Positions 41,045-50,259 of a DNA stretch of 64,000 nucleotides are shown here, in pieces. Origin of the DNA: Pecten maximus (taxonomy: Eukaryota); contig NC_047015.1 in NCBI RefSeq assembly GCF_902652985.1, positions 41,416,001 through 41,480,000 of the forward strand, read 5' to 3'. The position numbers and the translations under genes are program-made. Within the stretch, counting starts at the first letter, position 1. Every line of letters starts with the position of its first letter. A model generated the notes under the pieces. The model was not told where the DNA came from. It ran no database searches and worked only from the letters and a program-made list of their open reading frames with translations.

Positions 41045-43973
41045 TGTGGTGAACCACTGTTTTGTGTTATGTTACCTGTCGTTCCGGACTGTCCGTCTTC
41101 TACTTTGTTTATTAGTCTCGACGTCAGGTAGACGTTTGTAAGTAATATACACCTAGGAGGTTTAGAAGCGTTCTAAAGATCCTGATTTTATAATAGGTGG
41201 CGCTAGTTTCCCTTTCGCGAGAGTATAAAAGGCGGCGGTCGAAACTAGACAGCGTTCACTTCTTCGTCTGACACGAACGAGATAAGGCCGGACATTAAGG
41301 TAATAGTAAAGATATAGACGTGCCTGAACAAGGCTTCCCTATATCAAAGTACTGTATTGTGTATTTAATAACTTACGGTAGAGTACGGAGGCAGATGTGC
41401 CTGAGTAAGGCTTCCCTTCTCCGTGGGGACTCTAGTTAGTCTATGTGATCGGTACATCACATACGTTGTAAGTGTATTAATATCAATAGTCTTGGGTCTG
41501 CTCGTGGTTTATAAGAAAGTGTCTGAAAGCCCCGAGTGTTGTACTGTACGTACATGCCTAACGTTAAATATATGCTAGGGAGTGCTCAGTAAGAAGTGAG
41601 TACTCAGTGAGTGCTCGGTAGAAGTGAGTGCTCGGTAGCAGTGAGTACTCAGTGAAGTGAGCGCTCGGTAAAAGTGAGCACTCAGTCAAAGTGAGTGCTC
41701 ACTCGGTCAATGAGTGTTGAAACTCTCTTACCCTCATAGTAATTATAGTTGTATAATGTGATATTGCCCTGAATAAACCCCAGATAGGGAAGGTTCATTT
41801 AGGGAGCACTCATTATTAGCTCACCTGGTCCGAAGGACCAAGGTGAGCTTATGCCATACCGTTGCGTCCGTCGTCCGTCGTCCGTCCGTCCGTCGTCCGT
41901 CGTCCGTCCGTCCGTCAACAATTGACTTCTTCTTCATAACCACACATCAGAATTTGACCAAATTTGGTCAGAAGCATCCCTATGGGTAGGGGACTCAGAA
42001 TTGTACAAATGATGGGGCTGACCCCCTGGGGGCCTCTGGGGCGGGGCCAAAAGTGGTCATTTTTGCGCTATTGATATAAACGACTTCTTCTCTGAAACCA
42101 AGCAAAGGCTATCACTCATATTTGCCTGGTAGCATCACTATGGGGTGGGGATTCAAAATTGTACAAATGATGGGACTGACCCCCCGGGGGCCTGAGGGGC
42201 GGGGCCAAATGTGGTCAATCTGGCTATATTGATATAAATGACTTCTTCTCTGAAACCAAGCAATGGCTATCGCTCATATTTGCATGGTAGCATCATTATG
42301 GGGTGGGGATTCAAAATTGTACAAATGAGGGGGCTGACCCCCCAGGGGCCTGAGGGGCGGGGCCAAATGTGGTCAATCTGGCTATATTGATATAAACGAC
42401 TTCTTCTCTGAAACCAAGCAATGGCTATCGCTCATATTTGCCTGGTAGCATCATTATGGGGTGGGGATTCAAAATTGTACAAATGATGGGGCTGACCCCC
42501 CAGGGACCTGAGGGGTGGGGCCGAATGTGATCAATTTGGCTATATTGATATAAACGACTTCTTCTCTGAAACCGAGCAATGCCTGTCACTCATATTTGCC
42601 TGGTAGCATCACTATGGGGTTGGGATTTAAAATTGTACAAATGATGGGACTGACCCCCCCAGGGGCCTGAGGGGCGAGGCCAAATGTGGTCAATTTGGCT
42701 ATATTCATATAATTGACTTCTTCTCTGGAACCAAACAATGGATATCTGTCATATTTTACTGGTAGCATCACCTTGGGGTAGGAATTTGAAATTGTACAAA
42801 TGACGGGGCTGACCCCCTGGGGTCTGAGGGGCGGGGCCAAAAGGGGTCAGTTTTACAGAATTGATATAAACGACTTCTGCTCTGAAACTAAGCAATGGAT
42901 ATCACTCATATTTACCTGGTAGCATCCCTATGGAGTGGGGATTCAAAATTGTACAAATGGTGGGACTGACCCCCAAGGGGTCTGAGGGGCGGGGCCAAAT
43001 GTGGTCAATCTGGCTATATTGATATAAACGACTTCTTCTCTGAAACAAAGCGATGGATATCGCTCATATTTGCCTGGTAGCATCACTATGGGTTGGGGAT
43101 TCAAAATTGTACAAATGATGGGGCTGACCCCCCAGGGACCTGAGGGGCGGGGCCAAATGTGGTCAATTGGGCTATATTGATATTAGCGACTTCTTCTCTG
43201 AAACCAAGCAATGGATATTGCTCTTATTTGCCTGGTAGCATCACTATTGGGTGGGTATTCAAAATTGTACAAATGGTGAGGCTGACCCCCCGGGGGCCTG
43301 AGGGGCGGGGCCAAGAGAGGTCAATTTGGCTGAATTGATATGAACAACTTCTCTGAAACCAATTAAGCAAGGGATATCGCTCATATTTGCCTGGTAGCAT
43401 CCTTTTGGGTAGCGATTCAAAATTTTATAAAGGAAGGAACTGACCCCCACTCCCCCCGGGGTGCAGAAGGTGGGGTCAAAAGGGGTCAATTGGTTTAACA
43501 ACTTCTTTTCTGAAACTAAGCAATGGATATCACTCACATTTGTGTGGTAGCATCCCTATGGGGTTGTTCCAAAAGTTGATTTTATTTCATGGATTAATGC
43601 ATTTTTTGACATCAAATCCTCACGTAGCCATATAAAATGCCTATGATATATTGACATACATGTAGCAATACCAGTGACAAATATACTTAATCATCATTCT
43701 TGTTTCATATCTCATAAAGTCCAGGTGAGCGATACAGGCCCTCTTGGGCCTCTTGTTTCATGTAGAATATCATTCTGTTCAGAGGAACTGAGCAATCATT
43801 GTGTTATATTTCAACTGTATAGCTAGTTGGCACTTGATGTATATTACATAAACACAGCCAGGTCAGCTGTATATTTCTGTATATTTTTGCACTGAGGACT
43901 CGAGTAAAACTAATTATATGTTAGACAATATGGATCATCAGTAGTGACTGATACGAACCCTGTAAACGTCACA
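41045..43973 (+). repeat. 5' LTR (interrupted by a 1.94-kb Helentron-type insertion)
   Basis: TGTGGTGAACC...AAACGTCACA; TATAAAA at 41224, AATAAA at 41772; matches the 3' LTR apart from about 5 substitutions, 5-bp and 58-bp deletions and the insertion. Confidence 0.95.
41816..43756 (+). mobile_element. Non-autonomous Helentron (HINE) with an internal ~158-bp satellite array
   Basis: Absent from the 3' LTR; inserted in a T run without TSD; 5' TTAGCTCACCTG subTIR with stem-loop, (GTCC/GTC)n microsatellite, about 10 tandem 158-bp units, 3' CAGGTGAGCGA subTIR and AGGCCC-TCTT-GGGCCT hairpin then CTTGTT. Confidence 0.92.
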
Positions 43974-43978
43974 TAATT

Positions 43979-43993
43979 TGGTGGCAGCGGTGG
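43979..43993 (+). promoter_or_regulatory. Primer binding site complementary to tRNA-Leu(AAG/UAG) 3' end
   Basis: TGGTGGCAGCGGTGG 5 nt after the LTR; complement of ...CCACCGCTGCCACCA (metazoan tRNA-Leu, from memory). Confidence 0.85.
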
Positions 43994-44081
43994 TGATCTT
44001 GTTGTCTATATTTCTGGTGTGCTCGAATACTCAGGTTTAAATAAAATTTGATATCAGAATTAAACTGTTATTTTTGTATTG

Positions 44082-45914
44082 ATGAAAATGGCCGATGGAA
44101 CTCCTCGCATTGATTTGATGGACTCTGAAAAGCGGTTTGGTGAGCGAAGTGACCAAAGTTATCATTCAACACCAAAACAACCCATGTCAAAAGGGAGCAG
44201 TCATTATAGAGACTCTGGATTTATGTCTATGCATGCAGCTGATAAAACTCGTGCAGAAAAGAGGGACTTGTCTGTGCTCTATAGCAGTATGATGGACAAT
44301 CACGAAGATCTTTCATCTCCAGATGAGATAGATAAGGAGATCGAACAAATGCAGGAGCAGTTACGCCGGCTTGATATTGAAAATCAGAGCCTGCGAGAGA
44401 CTTCGAGTAGACATGGACTGAAGGATTCATCGACATATAAAGGGAATCATGGTGTCCGAAGTAAAACAGAGAGCAGTGCTAAAGTAAGGTTCTCTGAGAG
44501 CACATATTCGCCTCATTTTAATGAAGGGAATAAGGAGGACAATATTACCTGTCGTGACAGCAATCTGAGGAGATCAGCTCGATTAAAGGAGAAGGAACAT
44601 ACATCAAGCCATGACTCTGCTCGGGTGAAGAGAATGAATCCAAGGACAATGTTGGATATGGATGATAGTGATTACGAGGATCAATCTCCAGTAAGAAAAC
44701 ACAAAACAAAATTTGTGTCTGTTAAAGCTTCTACTTATGATGGCACAACACCCTGGAGGGATTACCTGTCTCATTTTGAGGCATGCGCTCGAATCAATAG
44801 ATGGACAGAGCAGGAGATGGGTCTGTACCTAGCTGTGAGTTTGAGGGGACAAGCTCAAGGTATACTTGGGGATTTGCCTGCCCGGAAACAGGAGCATTAT
44901 TTCTCACTGATAACGGCTCTTGAACAACGGTTTGCCCCACCCAATCAAACAGAGCTTTATCGAGTACAATTGCTGGAGAGGAGGCAGCGAGCCAATGAGA
45001 CCCTTCCAGAACTTGGTCAAGCTATTCGAAGATTAGTCAACTTGACTTATCCCACTGTTGAAGTTGGGGTGAGAGAAACATTGGCCAAACAACAGTTTCT
45101 AGAATCCCTAGCTGACTCAGATATGCGAATTCGTATAAAACAAGCCAGACCTGATAATCTGACGGATGCAATTCATCTTGCAGTGGAGCTGGAAGCTTAC
45201 AAGAAAGCAGAAAAACATGGAAGTGAAGGTCGCTCATATCTCAGAGCAGCAAGTACTGAGAGTACTGAATCGACACATTCAGCAGAATCTGAGAAATCTG
45301 CGATGGAATCTATGTTGAGTAGTATCCAGCAAAAGTTGGAGAAGATGCAAACTGATATTAGTCAGCTCCAAGCTGTAAGGAAAAAGCAGAACCGACCTGT
45401 TCAGCAAAGACAGGATGCAAAGAATAGCACTGATCGACGTTGTTATAAGTGTCAAGAAATAGGACATTTACGCCGAGACTGTCCTCAGCTTAAGAAAGAG
45501 TTAAAGAAAGCATCAACAGGAGTAGCTAATCCGGTAAGGACAAGGAAGAGGAAGCGAAGTTGTAAACCATCCGCTGGGATTGGAATTTCCTCGGCTGCTC
45601 AAGAGGCAGGGCTATACATCAATGCTGAGGTACAGCATACCAAAGTGAAACTTTTGGTTGATACTGGAGCCACAGTGACCATTCTGTCACAGGAGGCATA
45701 TGAGAAAATTCCAGAGGAGAGAAGACCCAAATTGAAAGAGGTTAAAAAGAATATCATGGCTGCTAATGGCAGTGAGTTGAAAGTCCTTGGTCAGGGAGGA
45801 TTTATGATCAAGCCAGATGGTTGCCGGGACGTGTACTTTGAGGCTGTGGTAGCCAAAATAAGCACAGAAGGAATTCTTGGTCTTGGTCTTGAAATCAAGA
45901 AATGGCATAATTGA
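44082..45914 (+). CDS. gag: Gag (capsid plus CCHC knuckle) fused in frame to aspartic protease; truncated by a frameshift near 45888
   Basis: YDGTTPWRDYLSHFE capsid-like motif, CYKCQEIGHLRRDC zinc knuckle, LVDTGAT protease active site, GILGL motif at the frameshift. Confidence 0.92.
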   Translation: MKMADGTPRIDLMDSEKRFGERSDQSYHSTPKQPMSKGSSHYRDSGFMSMHAADKTRAEKRDLSVLYSSMMDNHEDLSSPDEIDKEIEQMQEQLRRLDIENQSLRETSSRHGLKDSSTYKGNHGVRSKTESSAKVRFSESTYSPHFNEGNKEDNITCRDSNLRRSARLKEKEHTSSHDSARVKRMNPRTMLDMDDSDYEDQSPVRKHKTKFVSVKASTYDGTTPWRDYLSHFEACARINRWTEQEMGLYLAVSLRGQAQGILGDLPARKQEHYFSLITALEQRFAPPNQTELYRVQLLERRQRANETLPELGQAIRRLVNLTYPTVEVGVRETLAKQQFLESLADSDMRIRIKQARPDNLTDAIHLAVELEAYKKAEKHGSEGRSYLRAASTESTESTHSAESEKSAMESMLSSIQQKLEKMQTDISQLQAVRKKQNRPVQQRQDAKNSTDRRCYKCQEIGHLRRDCPQLKKELKKASTGVANPVRTRKRKRSCKPSAGIGISSAAQEAGLYINAEVQHTKVKLLVDTGATVTILSQEAYEKIPEERRPKLKEVKKNIMAANGSELKVLGQGGFMIKPDGCRDVYFEAVVAKISTEGILGLGLEIKKWHN

Positions 45915-47454
45915 TTTAAAACGAGGATCTTTAGTGTTGGACGACGTGCCAGTGGACACTAAGTACGAGGGTACACTTGGATGCTTTCGAGTTGTTGCCT
46001 CCGAAAAGATAACCATTCCTGGTAAGAGTGAGATGGTTATTGCTGGGGAATTACGTTCTCCATCAGGTGAACATATAAATAGCGAGTCACATCTTATTGA
46101 AGGAGCTGACTCCTTCCTGAAAAATGACAAGGCTCTCGTTGCCCGATCATTGGTTTGTTATGAGACTACAGTTCCTGTGAGACTCATGAATCTTCAGGAA
46201 GATCCGCAAACGGTCTACCCAGGTACAAATATTGCTCGTGCTAGTCCTGTAACAAGTGTCATTGAGACAACATCCTCGTCTAGTTGTGCACCCTCTGGAG
46301 AGCTCAGAGAGGATTTACATCAACTACTACTGAGGTCAAAAGAACACCTGACTCCGGAACAGAGCAATAAAGTCAAATCTTTGTTATTGGCATACAAGAA
46401 TCTGTTCGCAGCCACTGACAGTGATCTTGGACGAACAACAGTGGTGAAACACAAAATAGAAACTGGTGATGCCCGACCCATCAAACAACCACTTGAGGCA
46501 CAAGTGAACCACACAAGAGTGCCAGCACATTTGAGCCCTGAGGTGGATAGACAAGTCAATGATATGCTGGACCGTGGAGTAATTCAGAAGTCTACCAGCC
46601 CCTGGTCATCGGGTATTGTTTTAGTACAAAAGAAAGACGGTAGTCTCCGATTCTGTGTTGACTATAGGCGTCTCAATGCTGTGAGCATTCATGATGCCTA
46701 TCCATTGCCACGCATTGATGAGGCATTGGACCACTTGTCGGGGTGTACTTGGTTTTCTACACTCGACCTGAATGCAGGGTACTGGCAAGTTGAACTAGAG
46801 AGGGAGGACCGTCCTAAAACTGCCTTTTCAACTAGGACTGGATTATTTGAATTCCAGGTGATGCCTTTTGGGTTGACTTCTGCTCCAGCCACATTTGAGC
46901 GGCTTATGGAGACGGTGTTAGCCGGACTTCAGTGGCAAATTTGTCTCATTTATTTAGATGATGTGATCGTGGTTGGAAAGGATTTTGAGGACATGTTACA
47001 AAATCTGCAAACTGTGTTTGAAAGACTCCTTACTGCAGGATTGAAACTTAAAACCAAGAAATGCCAACTGTTTGGAAAAGAGGTGATCTATCTCGGACAT
47101 GTGATATCAGAGGAAGGAATAGCTACTGATAATGAAAAAGTGAAAGTTGTTGAACAGTGGCCTGTGCCGAAGAACATTAAAGAGGTGAGATCATTTCTTG
47201 GATTCTGTGGATATTACAGGAGGTTTGTAAGAAACTTTTCACATATTGCTAGCTGTCTACACCGACTGACTGAGAAAGACAGAACTTTTGAGTGGACCAA
47301 TGCCTGCCAGGAGGCATTCACCACACTAAAGCATCAGCTAATCAATGCCCCTATACTGGCCCATCCAGATTTCACACAACCGTTTATTCTGGACACTGAT
47401 GCAAGTGACAAAGCTATTGGTGCAGTTCTTTCTCAAAACATTGATGGGAACTAG
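45877..47454 (+). CDS. pol: Pol, reverse transcriptase and start of RNase H (ends at premature TAG)
   Basis: RFCVDYRRLN, LDLNAGYWQ, MPFGL, YLDD, FILDTDASD motifs. Confidence 0.93.
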   Translation: MVLVLKSRNGIIDLKRGSLVLDDVPVDTKYEGTLGCFRVVASEKITIPGKSEMVIAGELRSPSGEHINSESHLIEGADSFLKNDKALVARSLVCYETTVPVRLMNLQEDPQTVYPGTNIARASPVTSVIETTSSSSCAPSGELREDLHQLLLRSKEHLTPEQSNKVKSLLLAYKNLFAATDSDLGRTTVVKHKIETGDARPIKQPLEAQVNHTRVPAHLSPEVDRQVNDMLDRGVIQKSTSPWSSGIVLVQKKDGSLRFCVDYRRLNAVSIHDAYPLPRIDEALDHLSGCTWFSTLDLNAGYWQVELEREDRPKTAFSTRTGLFEFQVMPFGLTSAPATFERLMETVLAGLQWQICLIYLDDVIVVGKDFEDMLQNLQTVFERLLTAGLKLKTKKCQLFGKEVIYLGHVISEEGIATDNEKVKVVEQWPVPKNIKEVRSFLGFCGYYRRFVRNFSHIASCLHRLTEKDRTFEWTNACQEAFTTLKHQLINAPILAHPDFTQPFILDTDASDKAIGAVLSQNIDGN

Positions 47455-49389
47455 AGACCTATCGCATATGCAGGCCGGATGCTGACGAAATCTGAAAGGA
47501 GTTACTGTGTAACAAGAAAAGAGTTGTTAGCGGTTGTGCACTTTGTGAAACATTTCAAACACTACCTGTATGGTAGGAGGTTTACGGTGAGAACGGATCA
47601 CAGTTCTCTACGCTGGCTACTTAACTTTAAGGCGCCAGAAGGTCAAATGGCCAGATGGCTACAGGTTTTGAGTTCCTATAACATGGACATCAAACACAGA
47701 CCAGGAAGTCAGCATCGCAATGCGGATGCCTTAAGTCGGATACCATGCCGACAATGTGGGTTCGATCCCATGTGGGAGAAACGTACCGAGACGGAGACTG
47801 AAAATACTGCCATGGCATGCAGCCCCAAAACGAAGGAGGACTCGGAAGACCAAAAGTCAAAATTTGAGTCGTCAATACTTCAACAAAAGCAGGAAGATGA
47901 TGCTGATATTGCAGTAGTGTTTAAATGGGTGAGGGAAGGAGAGAAACCTCCATACAAGGAAATTGGTGACCGGAGCATAATCCTGAAAACATTATGGGCC
48001 CAATTTGAATCCCTGGTGATACATGGTGACATGTTGTATCGGAAAAACCCCAATTCAACAACAAGTCTACAAGCAATTGTTCCTGCAGCAGAAAAACGAA
48101 CAGTGTTGACCCACAGTCATGACAATCGGAGTTCTGGACACTTGGGTATAAAGAAGACTTTGGCCAAAATTCGACAAAGTTTCTATTGGCCAGGAATTCA
48201 AAACGATGTGAAACAATATGTGATCGGATGTCCTCAGTGTAGCAAACGAAAGAGTTCAAGTAAAACCAAGCGAGCCCCTATGCAGATGGTTGAGTCCGGT
48301 TTTCCAATGGAGAGGATAGCCATAGATATTATCTGTGAACTCCCAAGTACACAGCAGGGTAACCGACACATATTGGTAGTTGCGGACTACTATACCAAGT
48401 GGTTGGAGAGTTTTGCCATGCCAAACATGGAAGCACAGACTGTGGCCAAGATTCTCGTAGAGGAGGGGATAGCTAGGTTTGGTGTACCTTACAGCCTCCA
48501 TTCCGATCAGGGATCCCAATTTGAAAGTTCTCTCTTTCGGGAGATGTGCTTATTACTACAAATCAACAAAACACATACCACTCCCTATCATCCCAAATCA
48601 GATGGAATGGTAGAACGGTTCAACAAGACGCTTGTGACCATGCTGAGTGCCTTTGTAAATAACCATCAGACTGATTGGGACGAACACTTGCCATATGTAA
48701 TGATGGCGTACTGCTCAACAGAACACGAGACCACTGGAAATTCGCCTAATGCTATGATGCTAGGAAGGGAAACGAGTACTCCCCTAGACATTCAGTATGA
48801 AATGCCAAGGAATATCAAGACCATTCCTCAAAACCAATGGGCTTGGCAGTTAAAAAGTAAGATGGAAAATGCACAAGAACTGGTTAGGAAACACTCAAAA
48901 GGTGCGATGCTCCGACAAAAGCGTTATCATGACCAGAAGTTGTCTTGGACTAAGTTTGAGCCAGGTGATTCTGTCTATGTCTTCTTCCCAAATATTCCGG
49001 CTGGGACCACCCACAAGTTAGCAAGCCGATGGCGGGGACCTTTTAAGATACTCACTAGATTGACAGAGGTGACCTATAGGGTTCCGTGTGGTTATAGGGG
49101 AAAGACTCAAGTGATCCATGCTGACCGCATGAGACCGAGACACCCTCAAGTATTGCGTGGTGAAAGTAGAGCGGAAGCATTCGGACGAAAAGATGTGCAA
49201 GTTCAGGTGGATGAAACGTGTTTTGAGCAAAGTCAGAATGAGAGTGTAGAGAAAACTGAGAAAAACTTGGTGCTTGAGGAATTCGGTGAGAAATTCAGTA
49301 GTGAGAATGAGTGTGAACCTAATGGAGCAAACCCAAGGCGTACGCGACGTAATCCTCAATGGCATTCTGATTATACTTCATTCTACTAG
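47455..49389 (+). CDS. pol: Pol continuation, RNase H and integrase (same frame after the TAG)
   Basis: RPIAYAGR, ELLAVV, TDH, NADALSR; HHCC (H..GHLG..CPQC); DDE (IAID, HSDQG, MVERFN); GPF motif. Confidence 0.93.
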   Translation, partial: RPIAYAGRMLTKSERSYCVTRKELLAVVHFVKHFKHYLYGRRFTVRTDHSSLRWLLNFKAPEGQMARWLQVLSSYNMDIKHRPGSQHRNADALSRIPCRQCGFDPMWEKRTETETENTAMACSPKTKEDSEDQKSKFESSILQQKQEDDADIAVVFKWVREGEKPPYKEIGDRSIILKTLWAQFESLVIHGDMLYRKNPNSTTSLQAIVPAAEKRTVLTHSHDNRSSGHLGIKKTLAKIRQSFYWPGIQNDVKQYVIGCPQCSKRKSSSKTKRAPMQMVESGFPMERIAIDIICELPSTQQGNRHILVVADYYTKWLESFAMPNMEAQTVAKILVEEGIARFGVPYSLHSDQGSQFESSLFREMCLLLQINKTHTTPYHPKSDGMVERFNKTLVTMLSAFVNNHQTDWDEHLPYVMMAYCSTEHETTGNSPNAMMLGRETSTPLDIQYEMPRNIKTIPQNQWAWQLKSKMENAQELVRKHSKGAMLRQKRYHDQKLSWTKFEPGDSVYVFFPNIPAGTTHKLASRWRGPFKILTRLTEVTYRVPCGYRGKTQVIHADRMRPRHPQVLRGESRAEAFGRKDVQVQVDETCFEQSQNESVEKTEKNLVLEEFGEKFSSENECEPNGANPRRTRRNPQWHSDYTSFY

Positions 49390-49445
49390 AATGGTCACTA
49401 CTGTTTAGTGAACTACCTCTCTTTGTCATTGCAGACATCCCCAGA

Positions 49446-50153
49446 ATGGTTAAGACTAAGACAACTCCCGTCAAACAGTGCCCTATGTGTTCCTTCCGTG
49501 CCAACAACATGGATGACATGAGGAAGCATATCCTGGAGTGTGGCCTAGAGACAATGGAAAGGAAGACTCTCACGTGCCCTGATTGCAGCTACAAAACTTT
49601 CCGTGCTGCTAATATGAATCGGCACCGTAAACGTCATACTGACAACGACAGGAGTGCTCCCAAGGCTGTGGAACAGAGTTTGGAGGAAAACCGGCCTTCA
49701 ACGTCATCCCAAGCTCCCGCTGTACAAACTGATGTAGAGAGCTGGAAGGCGCAGGATCCTGGTGACCTCCTGGGGGAGATATCGGAATCTTCTGAGGGTA
49801 ATGGCTTGTCTTCTGAAGATGAGGGAGACAGTCTTCTGGTCGGGCGTACTATCAGAAGACCAACGCGACCAGAACCAGTTCGAGCCCCAAAGAGGAAGTC
49901 AGAAACTGCAACTTTAGTCAAGCCCCATCCGAAGGATCCTATCAACATGGTTCCAATGCCAGTGGTAAGCACTGCCCCAAGTGCAAAGAAAACATGCAAC
50001 TACGTTAATGTTGCCACTCAGACAGAGCAAGAGCCGCCTGCTAGCCGAAGGACTGTAACGAAGACTACCCGGTATTCAGAGGGAGGACGGGACATCCAGA
50101 TAGTCGAGTTTTTCGAGTTCTTTGAGCAGGAGAACCTCAATCGCTTTTCCTAA
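49446..50153 (+). CDS. Gypsy ORF3: 235-aa protein with tandem C2HC and C2H2 zinc fingers, basic patch and TQT motif
   Basis: CPMC-x12-H-x3-C and CPDC-x12-H-x3-H; agaATGG Kozak; acceptor ctctctttgtcattgcAG at 49434; AATAAA at 50177; intact ORF between pol and the 3' LTR. Confidence 0.85.
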   Translation: MVKTKTTPVKQCPMCSFRANNMDDMRKHILECGLETMERKTLTCPDCSYKTFRAANMNRHRKRHTDNDRSAPKAVEQSLEENRPSTSSQAPAVQTDVESWKAQDPGDLLGEISESSEGNGLSSEDEGDSLLVGRTIRRPTRPEPVRAPKRKSETATLVKPHPKDPINMVPMPVVSTAPSAKKTCNYVNVATQTEQEPPASRRTVTKTTRYSEGGRDIQIVEFFEFFEQENLNRFS

Positions 50154-50245
50154 ATCGATTTTCATGTAACTTCCTGAATAAACCTTTGAGTGTTAGTTAT
50201 TGTTTTAGCTTTACTTATGTTAGGACGTGAGGACACGTGTTGCTC

Positions 50246-50259
50246 GGAGGCGTGGGTAG
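50246..50259 (+). promoter_or_regulatory. Polypurine-tract position (imperfect PPT)
   Basis: GGAGGCGTGGGTAG directly before the 3' LTR. Confidence 0.7.

Noticed and set aside
45870-45914. Programmed gag/pol frameshift
   Set aside because: Break falls inside the conserved protease GILGLDFL motif with no slippery heptamer; better explained as a mutation.
47440-47478. Programmed stop-codon readthrough
   Set aside because: TAG sits mid-RNase H at a normally Glu position and lacks a CARYYA readthrough context.
49446-50153. ORF3 as an env gene
   Set aside because: No signal peptide, fusion peptide or transmembrane segment; hydrophilic with zinc fingers.
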